From Verrucomicrobiota bacterium (lineage in GTDB: Bacteria > Verrucomicrobiota > Lentisphaeria > Lentisphaerales > Lentisphaeraceae), in contig JBDKFG010000020.1 in NCBI GenBank assembly GCA_039798785.1, positions 45,362-109,361 on the forward strand: a DNA stretch of 64,000 nucleotides, given 5' to 3'. The translations under genes and the position numbers were made by a program. Position 1 is the first letter of the stretch. The number at the start of each line of letters is the position of its first letter. Shown piece after piece: positions 61,241 to 64,000 of the stretch. The notes beneath the pieces are model-generated. The model did no database searches. It worked only from the letters and a program-made list of their open reading frames with translations, and was not told where the DNA came from.

Positions 61241-63271
61241 TCAGAAATGTTCGCAGAGGCGGCTGAGGTTTTGCATGCGCCCCTCGCCGATCTGGGCTTT
61301 CACGTCGGCACTGCCGTGCAGGATTTCGAAGTGGGGCGTCCGTCCCCGCCCCTCGACCTCGGGTGTCAGGCGTTGCGAGACGATGCCGACCAGGCAGGCG
61401 GCCAGCTGCTGCCGAACCTGGTTCTGCTGGTGCAGAGGGAAGCTTTCGATGATCCGGTGCAGAGCCTGGAAAGGGGTCGCCACTGGAAGGCAGGCGAGGA
61501 CGAGCTGTCCGGTCTCGGCGGCGCTGAGCAGTGCGGCGATCGACTGCGTGTCAGGCAGGGAGCTGACCGCGATGACTTCGGGGCTGCATCTCAAGCTTGA
61601 GATGATGCCGGCGGCGATGCTGGGAGTGTCGCTGCCGACCTCCCGCTGATCGACGATCGCTTTGCCGTTCGGCAGGAGGTGTTCGACAGGATCCTCGATG
61701 GTCACGACGTGGACCGGGCGGCGGCTGATAATGTGCCCCAGGAGTGCGGCCAAGGTGCTCGACTTGCCGTGTCCGGTGGGGCCGGTGATGAGGAGCAGTC
61801 CGGAGCTCCGGTCGCACCAGTCGAGGAGGCACTCGGGCAGCTTCAGAGCGGCTGCGGAGGGAAGCTGATCGGAGACCAGTCGCAAGCTCAGGGTCGGCGT
61901 CCCCCGCTGCAAGATGGCGCTGAAGCGGATGCGACGCGCCAGGCCGGCACAGTCGAGGCTGAGGGCTATGGAGATCTCTCCTTCGCGCCGGAAGGTCTGC
62001 AGTTGCTGGCTATTCAAGAGGCTGCCGACGCATTGCCAGAGATCACGGCTGTTCAAGCATCTTCCTTCAATCTCATGAAGACGCCCGCAGATGCGCAGCA
62101 GCGGGCAGGCATCCTGGCTGAGGATCAGATCCGTCGCGCAGTTGTCGATGGCGGCAAGAAGCAGGTCGTGGATGGCGTCGTTGGCGGGATGCAAGCCTAG
62201 GCTGTCGCCGTTGAATGAGGCGAGTACCAGTGGGCTTACGGGGCAATCCACTGATGTCGTCGACAAGACGTCGCTGCTGCGAATCCTGTCCTCCTGGCGG
62301 AGCTTGATCATCGAGGCTTCCATGGTGCACATCCCGTCGATGCCGCTCACCATCAGCTCGCGCAGACCTTCGAAGCGCTGCTGGCGGATCAAAGGCGCTG
62401 TAGCTGCGGTGTTGAGGAAGACCTCCTGGGCATAGAGGGATCCTTCTCCGTCCTGGCGCGGCACCAGTCGAGAAGTGACGATGCCGCGCAGCACCAACGA
62501 CAGATCGAGAGCAAAGCCGGAGCGACTCTCCGCCGGCAGTGTCGACAGCAGGCTCTCCAGGGTGTTCCTGGCGCCGATCGTGTTGACACAGGCGATGACC
62601 AGCTTTCCCGCCAGGCTCGCTTCCAGCGAAGCCCGCAACAGCTCCTCTCCGTCGAGTTCGCCGAGATAGATCGCGTCGGCTCCCGCCAGTAGGCTGTTGC
62701 GGAAACCGCTAAGCATGTCGAGCGCATCGGCCGGAACTTCTCTCTGGCTGACCCGAGCGCGACGGCTGCGGTGGACGAATTCAATCGGCGTCTCCAAGCT
62801 GACCAGGAAGGCATTGCGGCTGCGGTTGGCGTCGCTGAGGAAGGCATGAAGCAGGGTCGTGCGGCCGCTGCCGTTGGCGCCGGCAAGCAGGATCAGTCCG
62901 CTTTCCTGCGAGCGCAACGACAAGACTCCAGGCATTACTCCCAGCCCATCGAGACTGAGCCCATTCCCGTCGGGCAGCAAGGAGGCCGTCAAGGTGAAAC
63001 GGCCGCCTTCTGAACCAAAGACCAGGCGCCAATAGCGGTCCTGATGACGCCAGCTGAGATCCAGGCACCGGTACTTCTCGAGATGGCTCATCTGCATCGG
63101 ATGAAGGGCTACGGTGACGAAATTGCGGATGTCGGCGTCAAGCACCTGATCCTCGCCGGGCAACTCCTCAAGAGCTCCTTGAATCCTGACGCTCGGAGCG
63201 GCATCGGCAATCACGACCAGTTCACGTGATTCCAAGCCGAGGGTCTTTTGGATCAGATCATGTATTCTCAT
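61241..63271 (-). CDS. Tandem (double-domain) PilT/PilU-family ATPase with degenerate catalytic motifs
   Basis: Two PilT units: GANGSGRTT / ETPIEF / QREV / LGE and GPTGHGKSST / TIEDPVE / QREVGSDT / VSQRL. Confidence 0.85.
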   Translation of the reverse strand: MRIHDLIQKTLGLESRELVVIADAAPSVRIQGALEELPGEDQVLDADIRNFVTVALHPMQMSHLEKYRCLDLSWRHQDRYWRLVFGSEGGRFTLTASLLPDGNGLSLDGLGVMPGVLSLRSQESGLILLAGANGSGRTTLLHAFLSDANRSRNAFLVSLETPIEFVHRSRRARVSQREVPADALDMLSGFRNSLLAGADAIYLGELDGEELLRASLEASLAGKLVIACVNTIGARNTLESLLSTLPAESRSGFALDLSLVLRGIVTSRLVPRQDGEGSLYAQEVFLNTAATAPLIRQQRFEGLRELMVSGIDGMCTMEASMIKLRQEDRIRSSDVLSTTSVDCPVSPLVLASFNGDSLGLHPANDAIHDLLLAAIDNCATDLILSQDACPLLRICGRLHEIEGRCLNSRDLWQCVGSLLNSQQLQTFRREGEISIALSLDCAGLARRIRFSAILQRGTPTLSLRLVSDQLPSAAALKLPECLLDWCDRSSGLLLITGPTGHGKSSTLAALLGHIISRRPVHVVTIEDPVEHLLPNGKAIVDQREVGSDTPSIAAGIISSLRCSPEVIAVSSLPDTQSIAALLSAAETGQLVLACLPVATPFQALHRIIESFPLHQQNQVRQQLAACLVGIVSQRLTPEVEGRGRTPHFEILHGSADVKAQIGEGRMQNLSRLCEHF

Positions 63272-63392
63272 GGCGATTCCTCGTTGATGACAGCAAACTC
63301 AAGCAAATCCCAGGAACATTCCTCTTCTGTATTCATAACATGTTGTAATAGATGTGTAAGCAAAAAATAGGTAGCCGGAGTCGGATGGCTGC

Positions 63393-63779
63393 TCAGATGC
63401 GGTGGAAGTGTGCCCCGCAGCAGCGGGCGATCAAGCGCGAGGTGCCGTCGCCGCGCCTCATCACTTCAAGACTGTCGCTCTCTTCGCTGAGGATCTCGAC
63501 GATCTCGCCGGTGAAGAAATTGCGGTAGATCTCGCCTTTTTGCGCTTCCTGCAAATCTTCGAGTTCGGGCACTTCGTCGCGCCGGGCCAGAGGCAGGAAC
63601 CAGCCTTGGTCGAGCGACAGGATCTCGCCGCTCGACAGATCCAGGACTTCGCCGGCGGCGGGATCGAGGACCTCGAGGAAGCGGAGCGCGGGATCGGCAT
63701 CGGGCAGGAGCTGGATCATCACCTCGCCGGGGGCGCAGGCGCGGAGATCGGGCAGGGGCTGGAGGAAGTCGTTTTTCAT
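63393..63779 (-). CDS. Hypothetical protein
   Basis: 128-aa ORF from ATG 63779 with host-like codon usage; no motif recognised. Confidence 0.6.
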   Translation of the reverse strand: MKNDFLQPLPDLRACAPGEVMIQLLPDADPALRFLEVLDPAAGEVLDLSSGEILSLDQGWFLPLARRDEVPELEDLQEAQKGEIYRNFFTGEIVEILSEESDSLEVMRRGDGTSRLIARCCGAHFHRI

Positions 63780-63962
63780 GGCGGCTAAGGTAGCGCGGTC
63801 TGGCGGAAGCGGCGTCGGGAATGAACGAGAGGACACAAGCAACGATTTACAGTTCCCCCAAATGTCTCCTGCTAACACCCGTTAGCTGGAAATAGGATCG
63901 ACGTCAAACCTGCGTTGGGCTTTTGTGCGAACAAAAACACCCCAAAGCAAGGAGAGACGCCG

Positions 63963-64000
63963 ATGTCCGTCAAGATAAGCGACAAAACCCAGGACTGCCA
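63963..64000 (+). CDS. Start of an unidentified gene (MSVKISDKTQDC...), truncated by the window end
   Basis: RBS AAGGAG 8 nt upstream of ATG 63963; frame open to the window end. Confidence 0.45.
   Translation, partial: MSVKISDKTQDC

Noticed and set aside
1..64000. rRNA, tRNA, IS/transposase and integrase genes
   Set aside because: None recognised by eye. The intergenic gaps are short, but tRNAscan, Infernal and ISEScan were not run.

Overview
GC-rich bacterial chromosomal window. The gene content (prepilin/H-X9-DG-type protein, DUF1501 plus DUF1549/1553 pair, prenyltransferase-repeat protein) suggests the PVC superphylum (Lentisphaerae/Verrucomicrobia/Planctomycetes-like); this is inference. 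In order: (1) a GntR-associated sugar locus (pilin-like protein, AGE epimerase, GH33 sialidase, PfkB kinase); (2) PEGA and CsgG-like genes, a response regulator, msrBA, hisE, mraY, murF; (3) DUF1501/DUF1549; (4) a signalling operon with two CheA-like kinases lacking CheW domains (one doubly frameshifted), three CheX-like domains, a CheY and two periplasmic proteins, divergent from a TonB-dependent receptor, with a pair of sigma54 -24/-12 motifs and two candidate enhancer sites between them; (5) a ~5,900-aa RTX-type adhesin with four 7-bladed FG-GAP propellers; (6) a duplicated membrane-protein pair, cmk, a thioesterase, HlyD-like, OppC; (7) a pilT-like / fliA / FHA / rpoN / fliW / csrA cluster. 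The most unusual non-coding signal is a set of AT-rich intergenic inserts bracketed by inverted arrays of 7-8-bp tandem repeats, one carrying an AT-rich orphan gene between murF and mraY. I found no rRNA, tRNA, CRISPR array or transposase. All calls come from motif reading by eye; no searches were run.
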